Positions 25,801-39,000 of a DNA stretch of 64,000 nucleotides are shown here, one piece after another. Source of the stretch: Ascidiella aspersa (taxonomy: Eukaryota). The position numbers were made by a program, and so were the translations under genes. A model generated the notes under the pieces. The model did not search any database. It was not told the DNA's origin and was given only the letters and a program-made list of their open reading frames with translations. The first letter of the stretch is position 1. Each line of letters opens with the position of its first letter. The stretch covers positions 21,142,001 to 21,206,000 of the forward strand of contig OZ004611.1 in NCBI GenBank assembly GCA_963924565.1, written 5' to 3'.

Positions 25801-27088
25801 ATTGCTCTATGTAACACGCATGGGTACGACACGTCGATACTATTCCGTGTCTACCAAGATTATTAAAAAAGAAATATTATCTGACGTTATCGACAAATAA
25901 GCAACACTCTCCGAAATTCTACGCCCGGATTAAATGGATTATTTCTTTATTGTTATTACCAGAATATTATCGATAAAATCTGACCTTTATTGGCAAGCGC
26001 CTGCCTGGCCACAATTTATATTTGTTTACCGACACCATCACTAAAGTTTAAATATCCAAATTCCACTTCAACCAACATTCTTTCCAAAGGTTGCTTTGTG
26101 CATTTTTTTCATTTGGCTTGCCAGTCACTTGGTTATTAAGGCAGGGTCCTTGCTCTTTAATGCAAAAAAATAACAAACAAACAAACAAACAAGGAACATC
26201 GTATTCTTGCATACAAAAAAAAACGTGATTGATTAACTCCGGATAGCATCAGCGAACGCACGTCCTAAGCCTGGCGAAGCGGCAAATTTGTTATTACTGA
26301 GGTGTTTAGCACACAAGCCCTTCGAAATATATCAGCAAAAAGCACGACCCTGCGAAACGAACTTGCGATTGAAATGCGATCAGCTGAAGCAAAGCGTAAA
26401 GTGCCGGTTTATTTTCTGGGAAGGAATGAATCAACGGGTATTAACCTTGTCACCCTAAGCACAAGATTGAATTACGCCCTAGGACGAATGCGGGCGGAAT
26501 TTAAAGAAATATTTAGCGGGTGCTGAAACTAAACCGTGACACCAGGAAATGTAAAAGTACATCTCAGATTATTTAAGGACCAATTTATAAGCCCGACCCC
26601 TCCAATGTATAACTGGTCTGTATTAAATTGTCTCGCGTGTTTTAAAATAAATTAATATAACAAAACATTTTACTTGTCAACTGGATAATAGGGAGACCGA
26701 ATAATTATAGATTGTCGATTTTGTAGTTTATTTTAAAGAAAACACAACATCAAAAACGCGCAGTTTTAATGCAGCGCTGCACAATTTCCTTCAATTCCAC
26801 AATCCGTTAGGAACTCGCCAATAAACGCCGTCCAAACCTCGCTTTTATTGCGGTATACGAGCAATCACGGGGGGAAAACCACGTAAGTGTGACGTCATTC
26901 GCTTGCTTGGTGACGTCAATGCTATTCTCCAAGGGCCTGGCGCTGGCAGCAAGGCGAGATGAATAGAGCACTCCGTAGAGGCCGGAAAAATCGAAGTTTT
27001 CTGATGAAAAGTGACGAGGCGAGATTGCAGCGAAAAGCATCAGATCGCTTCGGATAGTTCTAGCTGGGACAGATCGCCCGAGATTCGT

Positions 27089-30000
27089 TCAAGTCTCCTT
27101 GTCCCGGAAGAACTGCGAAACAGATCGGTTTAATTATTAATCGAGCGGCGCATTGCGGGGCGCTGGTTGGTCGCGTGTATTAATGGTGGTTGGTCGCGTG
27201 GTCGTTTCGGTTGTCACCCGCAGATTTGAAACGGGGCAGCAAAAAGTTTTTAAACATGAATTAAGGCAACATGCTCACGATAAGGAATGTCGGATAATAT
27301 CAAAATCGGTGCGGATGCCAAACAAACTGATCAATAGGCATTTCAGCCATGGGTTGCAATTGAACGCACGATTTGTAGGTGTTTTCAAAACGTAAATGAC
27401 GAGCAACCGAATTGAACTTTGCACGCCAAAATTTTTTTTTAATAATTTTTTTAAAGCGAAATTATACCTTGATCATATTCGTCTAAGTGACCATAGTAAC
27501 TACGTCATTTGATTTTGGGCGGTCGCACTTTTGTCCAAAACTAAACATCGGGTATCGGTAGAGAATAAAATTTAAGGTACCAGATTTTCCAGCGAGACGA
27601 ACCTTTAACAAATCTCGGAATTCAGTAAACGTGGCTGGCACACGGATTTCAAACCTGGCGCTCGGAAAACGTTCGTTATCACAATTTTCCATCTCTTGTC
27701 TACATAATTTTTTTAAATACAGACAAGTCGTGCCTTGAGTATTACGGCGAACATCTCTCAATAGTATAGCGAGAAGGCAGATAAGGTGAATATACATAGT
27801 TATAACATATGGGGTTAAAATATTATTTGCAGTTTGTTTTCAGCTGATCGTTTTGCGGGCCCACAGTAAATAAATAGCGTCTTTAAAAACTATTTATTCT
27901 TGGTGTTGATTTTCGTTTAACATTTGTTAAACTTTTGGTTTTCGTTTATTGCATCTTTTTGTCTTTCATTATACAGTAGGTATAGTGCGCGAACTACAAA
28001 AATCTTAAAAAATTGTCATTACTAATAATACTCGTCGAAAAATCTTTTTGGGGATAAAATATTATACATGAAAGATTAAATATCAGGGTAAATATGAGAC
28101 AAAGAGTAAACAGGTAAAATTTAACCCTTAACTGAACTAACAGTGTTGCATATAAAATGGCGTTTTTCGGAATGGTTGCGATAAAACACTGTAAACCTTC
28201 TGAAAAAAAAACGCTTCGACGCAAAATTATGTCACCGGCCAAATTCGCCGCCCCTTCCCGCATTGTGGCTGTTTGGGTGGCGCGATGCACTTCGGCCCGG
28301 CCCTAGTGCCCTCAAGTGTACGGGAGAGCACACTCAGGCCCTCGGCCGCGAAATTGCAACAACGTAGCGGTCTGGCAATTGCGTCACGAAAAGAGGATGC
28401 GATTATCTGGAGTGCGCCCGTTTGGATTTCGCAACGCCAATGTCTCGCAACGATATCCGGAAAACAATGTCAATTCCGGGTAACGCCAATCAGCTATTGA
28501 AAATCTCACTGGAAATTCGGCAAATGTAATGACGAAATTACAAAATGACACAACACAAAAGGGGAAAACGCTGTTTCGGATAGCTGATGATATCTGTCTG
28601 ACAAAATCGACAAGCTGACGAACTGTTTCGTAATAAACAAAACAGAAAACAGCGTTGTTTTGTGTCTGACAACTGCTTGAGCAAGATATTACGTCATATT
28701 TGATTGACACCTAATCCAATGTGCATTAAAATTGAGTTGGGCAAGTGTGATGATGGTGATACAATATTAAATAATGACTTTTTGCTCGCAACGAGTGTTT
28801 GAAAGAAATATGTAACAGTGCTTCCACCTCATACAAATACCGGTCAAGGTTTTAAATTGATTGTGAAGTTGTTTGTCATGACTCATGACATGTTTTTAGG
28901 AGACAATTTTGCGAAAATTTACAAGAAGTTTTGCCCATTGTTAACTTAGGATTTGGAATTTTGCAGAACGTAATTTTTGAAGATTGAAAATTTGCAAGAA
29001 GATTTGCCCATTGTTAACTTATTTAGTAATTTTGCATGAAATTATCGAAGCTTGTAATCACCTTTCGAACGGCCACGCACGCTTTTCCGAACTGTTGCAC
29101 TTGTTGGAGGTGCGCCGCGATCCAACTGGGCAGTTTGCCGCTCACCGAAGCCTTCTGGTACCTTCTATCCAGCAGCAGGATGCACGCGTAGTCGGCCCTG
29201 TGTTACGTCACAAAGCACGTTGCATAACTCGGCGTTTTCAAACGTAAACAAGTCACCGGCTGCTTCAAACGGCAACAGATTTCGGCGGCGTTTATACGAC
29301 GCGCAATTTGCGAACGTCCGGTGTTTACGACGCGCTAGATGACGTCACTAAGCACACGCACCTGTGACGTATGGCGCGTCCGATCGATTGATTGACAGCC
29401 TTCATGCAGAGGTCCTCGTAGTGGACTTGGCCTCCGGTTCGTCCGTCCTTGTCTGGCGGCTGAAAAGGAGGTGTTATGTAACGCGAGAGGATTATGCGAC
29501 TGCGTTACATAAAAAAAATTCTAGGAATTTCCTCGTACTTTACTGGTAGTTTTCATAACAACAACGTTTTTTTGGGAAAACCAAGTTTAGTTTCGGGATG
29601 AACAAATTTGCTGGTTAATTTTTATCGCCAGTTATCTAATTTTAGTAAATTTGTTTACTTATCCAGAGATCTCTGTCCAAGATCTGCAATAAAGTTGTAA
29701 GCTCTCATTGAAGTTTTTTTTACGTTTGAAATACGAAAGACTGAAACAACAATTAAGCCAACCGTATTAAAATCAACGCTAGGCCTCGAGTCAATATTCT
29801 GCGACGTAAAATTTCAGTGTACCATGTTTTTTGTCAGGTAGTCCATCTTTTCTTTCAGCTCAAGCGAGTAGAGATTCGGGTAGGGCAGACCGACCATGAC
29901 CACGCAGCGTCCCATATCATCGGAAAAGTTTATGCCTTCGCTCATTTTGCCGCCAACGACGCTAAGCAAAATCGCCCCTTGAAACAAACGAAAAAAATAA

Positions 30001-33000
30001 AAGTGATTGTCGCAATTGCATTTAAATCTTAGACAAATAGGAAACGTATTGACGCTGGAATCAGCATTTTTTTGAGAAGGTCCACATGAAATTAGAAATT
30101 TGTTTTCTTTTGGGGGGGGGGACAAAAATAATATGAAGTAAGCGTTAGTTTTAAGAGAGTTGTTGAAAGGACTGTACTGACAAGCTGGTAATAACAGGGA
30201 AAGTTAGGTTGCCCATGTTTTGCTTACTTAATAAGATATTTCTTCTAAAATCGGCATAAAAACTCGGGGGCCAGCCAAGACCGCGGGCCATTATGTTTCA
30301 ATTCATTTTTTTGATTACATATTTCCCCCCTAAACGACTCAAAAACCTTTCCCAGACAACGCAAGTTTCTATGGCATGGCATTTAGCGGAAAAATATTTT
30401 CGCCATTTTCCTAATCTGCTTCAATTTCTTGGTCTAAGCACCGGGGTTGCGCAATCGGACGTCGCGGTAAGCAAGGGAAATGGTATGAAAAAATTACATA
30501 CAGCTTTCATGGTAATTGGTTGACTTTCTCGAAAAATTACGATATTTGTGCGGCATAAGTATTTCATTGACGTAGGTTTGGGCAAATTGGGTGATGTGAC
30601 CCGTTAAAAAGTTATGTTAAGCAAACAAGGACTCGCTAAACTTGTTGCGGCACACAACTTAAGTGATAAATTGGTCGAATTTAGCAACGGAAATATCTCT
30701 TGAATGATCACGAACCAGTTAAGAGGGTTATGTTTGTAGAACGCGTAAATGGAGATTATGATAGAAAGGCGAAATGTTTGTTTTTCGTTTTATCTCAAAC
30801 ACTGCTATTAGCCAGCTTTCGCAAATAGACCAGTACAAAAGAAGTCATTTATAGTATAGATTTTAATCACGAGAAGCTGTTCATATTTCATATATACAAA
30901 CTCCCCACTACACAACAATTTTATAGGCTTAGGTAAAAGCTGTGCTATAACTGCTATAATTCAAGGATTTGTTCCAAGACAAATTTATAAAGAGTTTGGC
31001 GGTTAAGATAAACGAACGACAATTAGCACAAAGTATTCGGCATTTCGGCGAGTTATTACATCTATACCAAAAACTCCGTCCAAGCAATTGAGCAAACGAC
31101 ATGCTGAATCGATAATAATTAATTCGTACGTAAATACAAATAAATTAGTGGACACCATTAGGAAGAAGTGGACGGAAATTTACAGAAAGCGTGCCAACAC
31201 TTTTGGCGAGTGTGATTCCGTCAAATTTAATTCAAATTAAACGGCGTATAACGTTAAACATGTCGGGTAAAACCGAATCTCATTTAAAAATGTGAAATTT
31301 TATTCTTTTAGGTGTCAGAAAATCTGCCACGCAGTGACGGTTTATAAACAGCAGTTTTAGTTGTTGTCTTTGTCCATGTTATTCTTGGATGTATTTTATT
31401 TATTTATTTTACATTTTAATATTTTAATATTTTTTTACTATTTTTTTGTGCTAATGATAATATTTACATGGCGAAATGCACATTATTAAAAGTTTTGCAC
31501 CTTGCTGACTGATTTTTGTTCGAAGCGGTGCGCTTCTCAAGGTATTAAACGAGTTTCGTTAGAAGTTTTCCCATTAACTGCTGCAGTTACCGTTGACTTT
31601 TGTCTTGTCCGCGTCGGAGGTCCGTTCAATGCACTTCGAGTATTCGGCCAGAATTTGCTCGACCCGATCAGAACGCTTCGGTTCCCTGAACACCTGTCGA
31701 TCACAAAGGAAGCGAACCGTGACTCATCGCGGTCCGGCGCAGGCGCCCGCCGAAAAATTTGACCCGAAATATGGACGAGGAAAGTCGGCGGTAAGAGGGG
31801 GTTAATTCGTAGCCCCGCCAATCAAACTAAAATCCATTATCCTGCCATGACGTCACACGAGAAGTGACTTCATGCATAAAGGGATCGTGGTTGCCATGGC
31901 GACAATCAACTGTAGGCTATGTTTTTATTCGCATAAATTGATTGACACCCCCGTTTCATGGCAACTTGTATAGCCTTTCTACTTATATTGAAGATTCTCA
32001 GCCTAATAATCATGTCGCGGTCATGGTACGTTTCCAGACGCGGCATATTTGGTATTTCTTCAGGATCAAGGATCTGTGCCATTTCTGCCCCAAAGCCTCA
32101 ACCCAAAAGGCAAAATCGCGGTTCGCAAAAGCAGCCAAAGCGGAAAAAGTAAACTTAAAAGGGTCGCCAAGTGAACCGCCGACCCAATGGCGCGGTAATT
32201 AGCACCGGAGCACGCGAGAAGCTGTTTCCCGGGTCACCCCGATAGCGGGTCAACGACTTACGCCGATCAGCTCGGCTTTTTCCTAATACGGCGCCGGGAT
32301 AAGCAACGCTGGCGCGACCGCTACCCTCAGAAACTTTCGCCGGCTAGACCCGCCGCCTTTTGTTGAAATCGAGCACCGCCGGGAGAAAAGCCGTTCGAAA
32401 AAGGCGAGAAATCGCGCAGAATATTCTCGAACACAAAGTGGCGATTAATGGCAACATTTTAGATGAAAATTTATTTGCAATCAATGATTGCAGCGGAAAT
32501 TATTAACTTTTTTCTTTCATAATCGCATAGAATATGTGTTTTTTTTTATTTAAATAAACCAAGCTTAGGCGATGAAACGCCAGGTTAGGAAAATAACCCC
32601 CCAGAGTAATCAAGTTTGAACTTACAATACGACTGTTGGAAAACGCACCCTCTAACTCTTTTTTTTTTTGAGCCACGTAACACTTTATGAATCTAAATAA
32701 CTTTCGATACACAAAACAAAAAAATTGTAATTTATTAATGCATGGAAATAAATAACTCAACAACAATTTATTTGCTTTCCACGTTTCTTAGTGCAATACA
32801 TGGGCCTGTTTGGATGAGAACAAAATTGACACTCGGGTCGTATTGCACCCAAGCAGCAACAGGCTCATGTAATTACAATTCTATCATTATAAAACCCCGG
32901 AAAAAAAGCTGTTCGGAAAAGGTGAGAAAGCGCGCAGAATGTTCTCGAACACTGCGTTCACCTTTAAACGCGGGCGGGCTAGCCTTACAGCAGGTGTTAA

Positions 33001-36000
33001 CTATAAGCGCGACAAACACAAGGTGCGAACCGTTTACGGAAACTTGAAACCAACAAGGCCACAGCCACCTGGGAAATCTTGGGCCAGCCGGTTTGCCTAT
33101 TGATCTATAACCGTGGTAAAGTATTTGTGGAAAAGTGATTTTGCGGGATTTTAACAAATGCCATATTTGTATTTAAAGGTGAAGCGATTGACGAAATATG
33201 TCAAAAGCCGCCGTAAGCAACTTTTAAAATTTAGGATGGCAACAGAACATTTAACTTTTAGAATATGTTTATTTAGTTCAAATATTCATTAGACTTTGCT
33301 GTGTAAGTCAAATTCAGTTATTAATTAGTTCTAGTCAAACAAAAGAGAAATATATTTCGCCACAAAACAGGGGTTACTTAAATTGAATAAATGTGCTCGC
33401 ACTAGAAGTCATTGTCGTCATTTACGTGTAAGGGTGAGGAGATATCTTCATATGTTTCACATTCAGTTTGTCAGTTATTTTGATTTTAAGCTTTGTATGT
33501 GTATTAACAACAGAATCTGGCCCTCCAACAGAACACATAATGCCGACGATAAAAGTTCTAAAATTTATTAATAAAAGCTTGAGAAGCGCACCGCTCCGAA
33601 CAAAAAGATTTTTGTTCGGAGCGGTGCGCTTCTCAAGCTTTTATTTTGATTTTCTGTTTTTTTTTAAGGGACATGGTAAATTGCTAATTTATACAAGGAA
33701 ATCACATGGCTACATTCGGGACTAAACATTTCAAAGCGACTTGCTACTTGGCGTGAAAAACCAGTCTCCTTTCAGTGATTTTCGAATGACGAAATTCGGG
33801 ACGATTACGAATACACAAATTGCCGAGCGGCGAGATAGCTATTTCAAGCCGGGCTCACTTGAAGAAGAGTCGAAACGCGAAACTACACGTGCGCCACTTC
33901 ACGTGTTGTCCCGGGCCTGGAAATGTGGACAATGTCACGTTCGCAGTTGGCGCCGCAAAGCGACGTCCCCACTGAAACGCAGCTGTACAACCAAACGGCG
34001 AAACGCGAAGTTAAAATCAACGAGCGGTGAGCGCCCGATAACGGGATCCCAGTGGGTATTTAGCCTCTCTAGAGCGACTAACGCATTAAAATTGGACGCG
34101 TTGAATGGCGTCACTTTCGCTTAGTTTCAAGTTTTCGATTTTTTTTCGCATTTGCAATTACGCCTCACGTATTATTTCTGTAGAAACATGAAAACGCAAA
34201 AGAGGCGGTTTTTACTCGTTTTTGAAGTCCATTTTTTTTTCATCAACATTTCCACCAGCGGCTTGCACTAAAAAGACGCAAACCATCGACAAATTAAATT
34301 AAAGTCGCAAATGAATAACGATATGAAGTTTTTGACGGTGTAGTGAGCCATTGATAAATGTCATTGGTGGTCCTCCTTTGGCGCACAGAAATAGGCTAGA
34401 AGCCAACTGGTTAAAATAATTCTTTATCGCATATTTTCGGTTAAAACCTAGCTCTATTTTACGGTACCCAAGCTTTGTGGAATATTTTTGCCCAATATAT
34501 TTTTATTTTGTTTTGGCGTTCATATTAGTAGTCCAAGTAGTCCTCTGTGCGAAGTTCAAGTCGATTTGTTTTCGGTGAAATTATAATTACCTATACATAA
34601 ACACTTTAAGTCAACAGCCATTTTAATTTAAACCAAGAAAGACCGTTGGCCCCCAAGCAATAAGGTTACTTTTTATGACGCCACGTTTAGATGTAACTTT
34701 GTGACGTCAAATTTTGACGTAATCTTGTTACGTGAAGGTATGGCGTGACTAAGTTATGGAACGTTATGACAGTTGGCCCCAAAGCACCGACCCCCAATTA
34801 TAAAACGCGTAATGCCAAAAAATGAAAACGTTTCAATTCTTAGCACTCTAAGTGGTGCAAACCTCCAAACGCTTATATTAACAGAACAATTTCGCGACCC
34901 ACAATTCCCTATAGCCTAAGTGCAAACGCTTTCTGTCTTTATCTTCTTTTTTTACCTTCTTTTTAGCCTCGATCCTCGTTAAGAGACCTGCTTCGCTCCA
35001 GCGGCGGTGAGCGGTGTTCTCGTAGTCGTACGACGGAAAAAAGCAGACCACGCCGCCCGGCACAAGGTTGCACAGGTTCAGGAGTGTGCGGCCAACTTCG
35101 TCGATCTGCAACCACAATTTGGCAGAGATTTATTTCGCTTATGTTAGAATTGGACAACGTCGGGACTCGGCGTAAGGTCTTAGTCGGTGTTTTTTTGGTA
35201 GGCTTGCAATTATACGAGACATTTTTGTACGTTAACTTACACGACAGGGGCGACCAGTGGCGAATCGAAGAGAAACAACGTGGCCATGTCCCACACAAAA
35301 AATGTTTTTTGCCTATTTTAAAGTAAAATATTTAGCCCAAATGCGTCGTACGTCCTTTAGTGTAACATCAAAAATAAAAGTTTAAGCAACTTAAACCTTA
35401 TAAAATAAAGCGTTTTGCGCTATGCTTGGATCGATTACATCGTTTAAGTAACAGCTGTCCAATCTAAAACTTAAACGAACTTTTTGGTGTTTCTAAAGTT
35501 ACTTTTAGGACGTCAGTTTAGATGTAACATTTTGACGTAACAGTGTGACGTCACGGTATGGCTTGACTATGTGACGTCACGTTATGACGATACTTTGTGA
35601 TGTCATCTCTGAAAAAAATGTCATGCCCCACCTCAAATTAAATTCCTACAGATGCGCGCCTGCTCGCCATTGGGAAATACATAGTTTTATAGGCAGGGCT
35701 CAAACCGAAAAATGAGCACGCTACTGATGACCAGGGCAAGATCCATAAAAATAAAAATGGATCTTTTTTCATAAAATAAAATAAAAACTTAAAAACACCT
35801 ATGTTGGTATGCGCAAATTGTAGCTTTGAAAAAAAATTTGATTGAAAATTGGTAATACCTTTTATTTAACAGACCTGCTGGCGCCTTAGGTCCGGGGCAT
35901 TTTGCTTGTAATGAGATTATTTCCTTGAACGATTTGCTGTAATTTCAAAAATGTTGCTACTTGTCGTAACATTGTGGGCGCTAATTGCTGTTTTTCCAAA

Positions 36001-39000
36001 GCCTCTATAGGTTAGAGTGTTTCCCAACGTGGCCGGTACCGCCCCCCTTTGGACGTTGAAAAGTTACAGGGGGCGTTGTGAGTTTCTTGATTAAGGGGGC
36101 ACCAAACCCACATTATGGGTGTTCATAAAATTTTATCGTATCACTAATTATACTAGTTGTATCACGCTACAGCTACAGCATAATAGTTCACAAAACTCGT
36201 TAACTTACAAATATTATTGTAAAATTTAGGCCATTGTTTAAACTTGTATATCGTGGTAGCCAACTAGAAAGACACGAAATGCGTTATCTCTTCCTTAACG
36301 TACTTTGTCAACTGTCAAGAGACACACAACAATTTGACAAACACTTAAACAAGTTGTACTGTGTAGTGACCACTATAGTCTATAGGCCTACATAAAAAGC
36401 AGCATGCCGTGACCCATGGTTATCTAAGCCTGTACCACTGCACAATATTGCTTTATAAATGCGTAAAATTGCCACAGTTTACTACTTTCACAATCTATTG
36501 TTATTATATTATATAATGCATTGTTTTATAATCTGGGTCAAAGAACTTGGTAAATATAAATAAATGAAGTTTCTCACTCCTCCGTCAAAGTGAAATAATT
36601 GATAAAGAACACTTTTAGAAACTAAAATAAGACAAACTAAGCACACAACTCTAAAATAAGTTCTTAGACATAAGCACATTAGTGTTCTCTAAGACACTGC
36701 ATCCAAAAATAAGCACAAATCTTAGAAATAAGCACGGTATGGCAACCCTGTTTATAGAATATCTGCTATGGTGAGCACGAATACAGATTGCAACGCGTTT
36801 GACAGTGGAATTTAATAAGGATTCTCGTGTAAATAGTGAATGCGCTGGACTTTTACCATGCGTCATTCGCTTGTTTAATTCGCCGTTGCAGTTGTATCAT
36901 CAGCAATTTACGACATATTGGCCTTTGGTGTTTAACATAATTAGTGACAAACAGTTATTGGCGTTCAACCTAATTCGTTGCAAATTAACTCGTCCACCTA
37001 GCAACAACAATTTTTTGCTGAAAGGCAAATATGTCAATCAGCTCTCGCCCGAAGCAAATTGCATGTGCATTGTCGGCGAGTGCAAAATCTCAACCCTTAG
37101 TTAGCCGTGCGGAGAGGAGTTCTGTATCGACCTTGTGGGATTCGGTTTAGGTTCAATTTTTAGAGTTTGGGAGTGACGGATTTTAAACAGCCCTGACCAC
37201 AAGTGGTAATCACTCAGTTTTCTCCAGAATTCGCGAATCGGTATTTAGACAAAACTTTCTCATTACAATGAAATGCATTGCTTCTTGCAGGTGGTATTTA
37301 AACAATATAAACGCAACTTATAAAAAAACATGTTTTTTAAGTTATAAAATCGCGATGACAATCGTTTTCTTATATTTTAGACAATCCCATATACATCAAA
37401 TAAATAAGTTATATTGGTAAATAGAGCTTGGTTGATAATTCCGTTTGGTTGATAATTTCAGAAAATGGCGATATTTGTAACGAGTTCGAATGCTATATAG
37501 GTTGAGCTTGTCGTGTCCCTACTGGTAACACTATAATCCCAGCAAACTCCCCTGTTTTATCCTTAACAGCGAGAAACCGGTTTCGAGGCTTTGAAATCTC
37601 GAGGGCTGCGAATCGTCATGAATTGAAAGCGAAAACAGCGATGAGAGAAAGCGCGCAGTTGCGATAAACGACCCGTGCCTTGTTTGTCGCGGCTTGTATA
37701 CGCACTTCGCGCGTCGGTCCTATGACTCACGACGCTGTACTGGCTTTATACCCAGGTCAGCGAAACCGCTTGCGCAAAGGAAAACACTTGGCGAACGTCG
37801 CGAGTGTACCTGCACGACAGAGCGTGCACGCACATACACACACATTCGAACGCGTCGAACCGGGGTGGTGTAAAAGTCTGTTAAACATTTTCACCGGCTA
37901 TGTTTTTGTTGATTGTGGCTTTAGAAAACTAGGTAATGCATATCGTTGAAGGTACCGCGAATACGTGGAATGCTTCGAAAGCAAACCGGCTGAGAACAAG
38001 AGCGTATCCTGTTTAACAAGGAAACCTGCACACACATATGTGTGTTAACCACTGTGATCTACCCCTTCTGAAGCTGCTTTTTGACAACAAATACGGCTTA
38101 CATATCATTAGCAAACCGAAAGCCATCGCAGACTAACCGAATCTGTCAATCAATGATGCAAGCAGGGCAGGCTAGAAAAATTTTTCAAAACTTTTCTAGC
38201 CTGCCCTCCTTGTAGCTTAGATCGACAGATTCGTTGGGTCTGCAATAACTTACGGTGTACTATATTTGACAAGGTTCATACAATTTGTGTTGTCGATGCT
38301 ACTCGAAAAATCTATAGACGAATTTTAATTAGTCATATTTCAAAACTAACAATTTTTTATGACCTGCAACTAATGAAAGGTAAAACAACACAAATGTAAC
38401 GTAATGGTTTGCATTAAAATGCAATTTACAAAAAATAAATTGCACGGTCAATACGCGCAATAAGCGGTTTAAGGATACATGCTCATAGCCCAGTTAAAAA
38501 GGATCAGCTTATACACTATGTTAGGTAATTTAAAAGCTATTAGGAGTGATAAGAGTTGCGTGTATTCAACCTCCGTACTCCCCAAAAGACAAACACTACA
38601 AATGCGGGCAACCAATGCGGTTTCTCGTTAAGGGAGAAAATTCTACAACGTTGTCCAAAGATAACAAATATCGCCTGTTTCGCTGCAGCGTTACACAACT
38701 GGGGAGTACGCCAGCCGACGTACGGGCACACATATTTAATTAAGTTAAACTCTGTGCATCAGATATACCCTTCAAATGGTGGACACAGCTAGATACGAGG
38801 ATATTTCGATCAGTCGTCATATAAAAATGTTCAAAGCGGCATTTATCATCCACACAGTGGCGAATAATGACAACATTTTAGATCATACATGCAGTGGCAA
38901 TCATGAACTTTTTTTATTTCGTCATCGCATAGAATATGTGTTTTTTCTCAATACGTGGGCCTGTTTGTATGAGAACAAAATTGACGTTCGGGTCGCATTG

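Noticed and set aside
29018-29061. DDX11 ending by read-through at the stop near 29020
   Set aside because: A donor at 29061 and the exon FFRDKET* (27089-27112) match the conserved DDX11 C-terminus better.
33741-34124. 127-aa + strand ORF in a DDX11 intron
   Set aside because: Non-ATG start in the track, no recognisable domain; likely a chance ORF in a CpG-rich, enhancer-like block. Not fully excluded.
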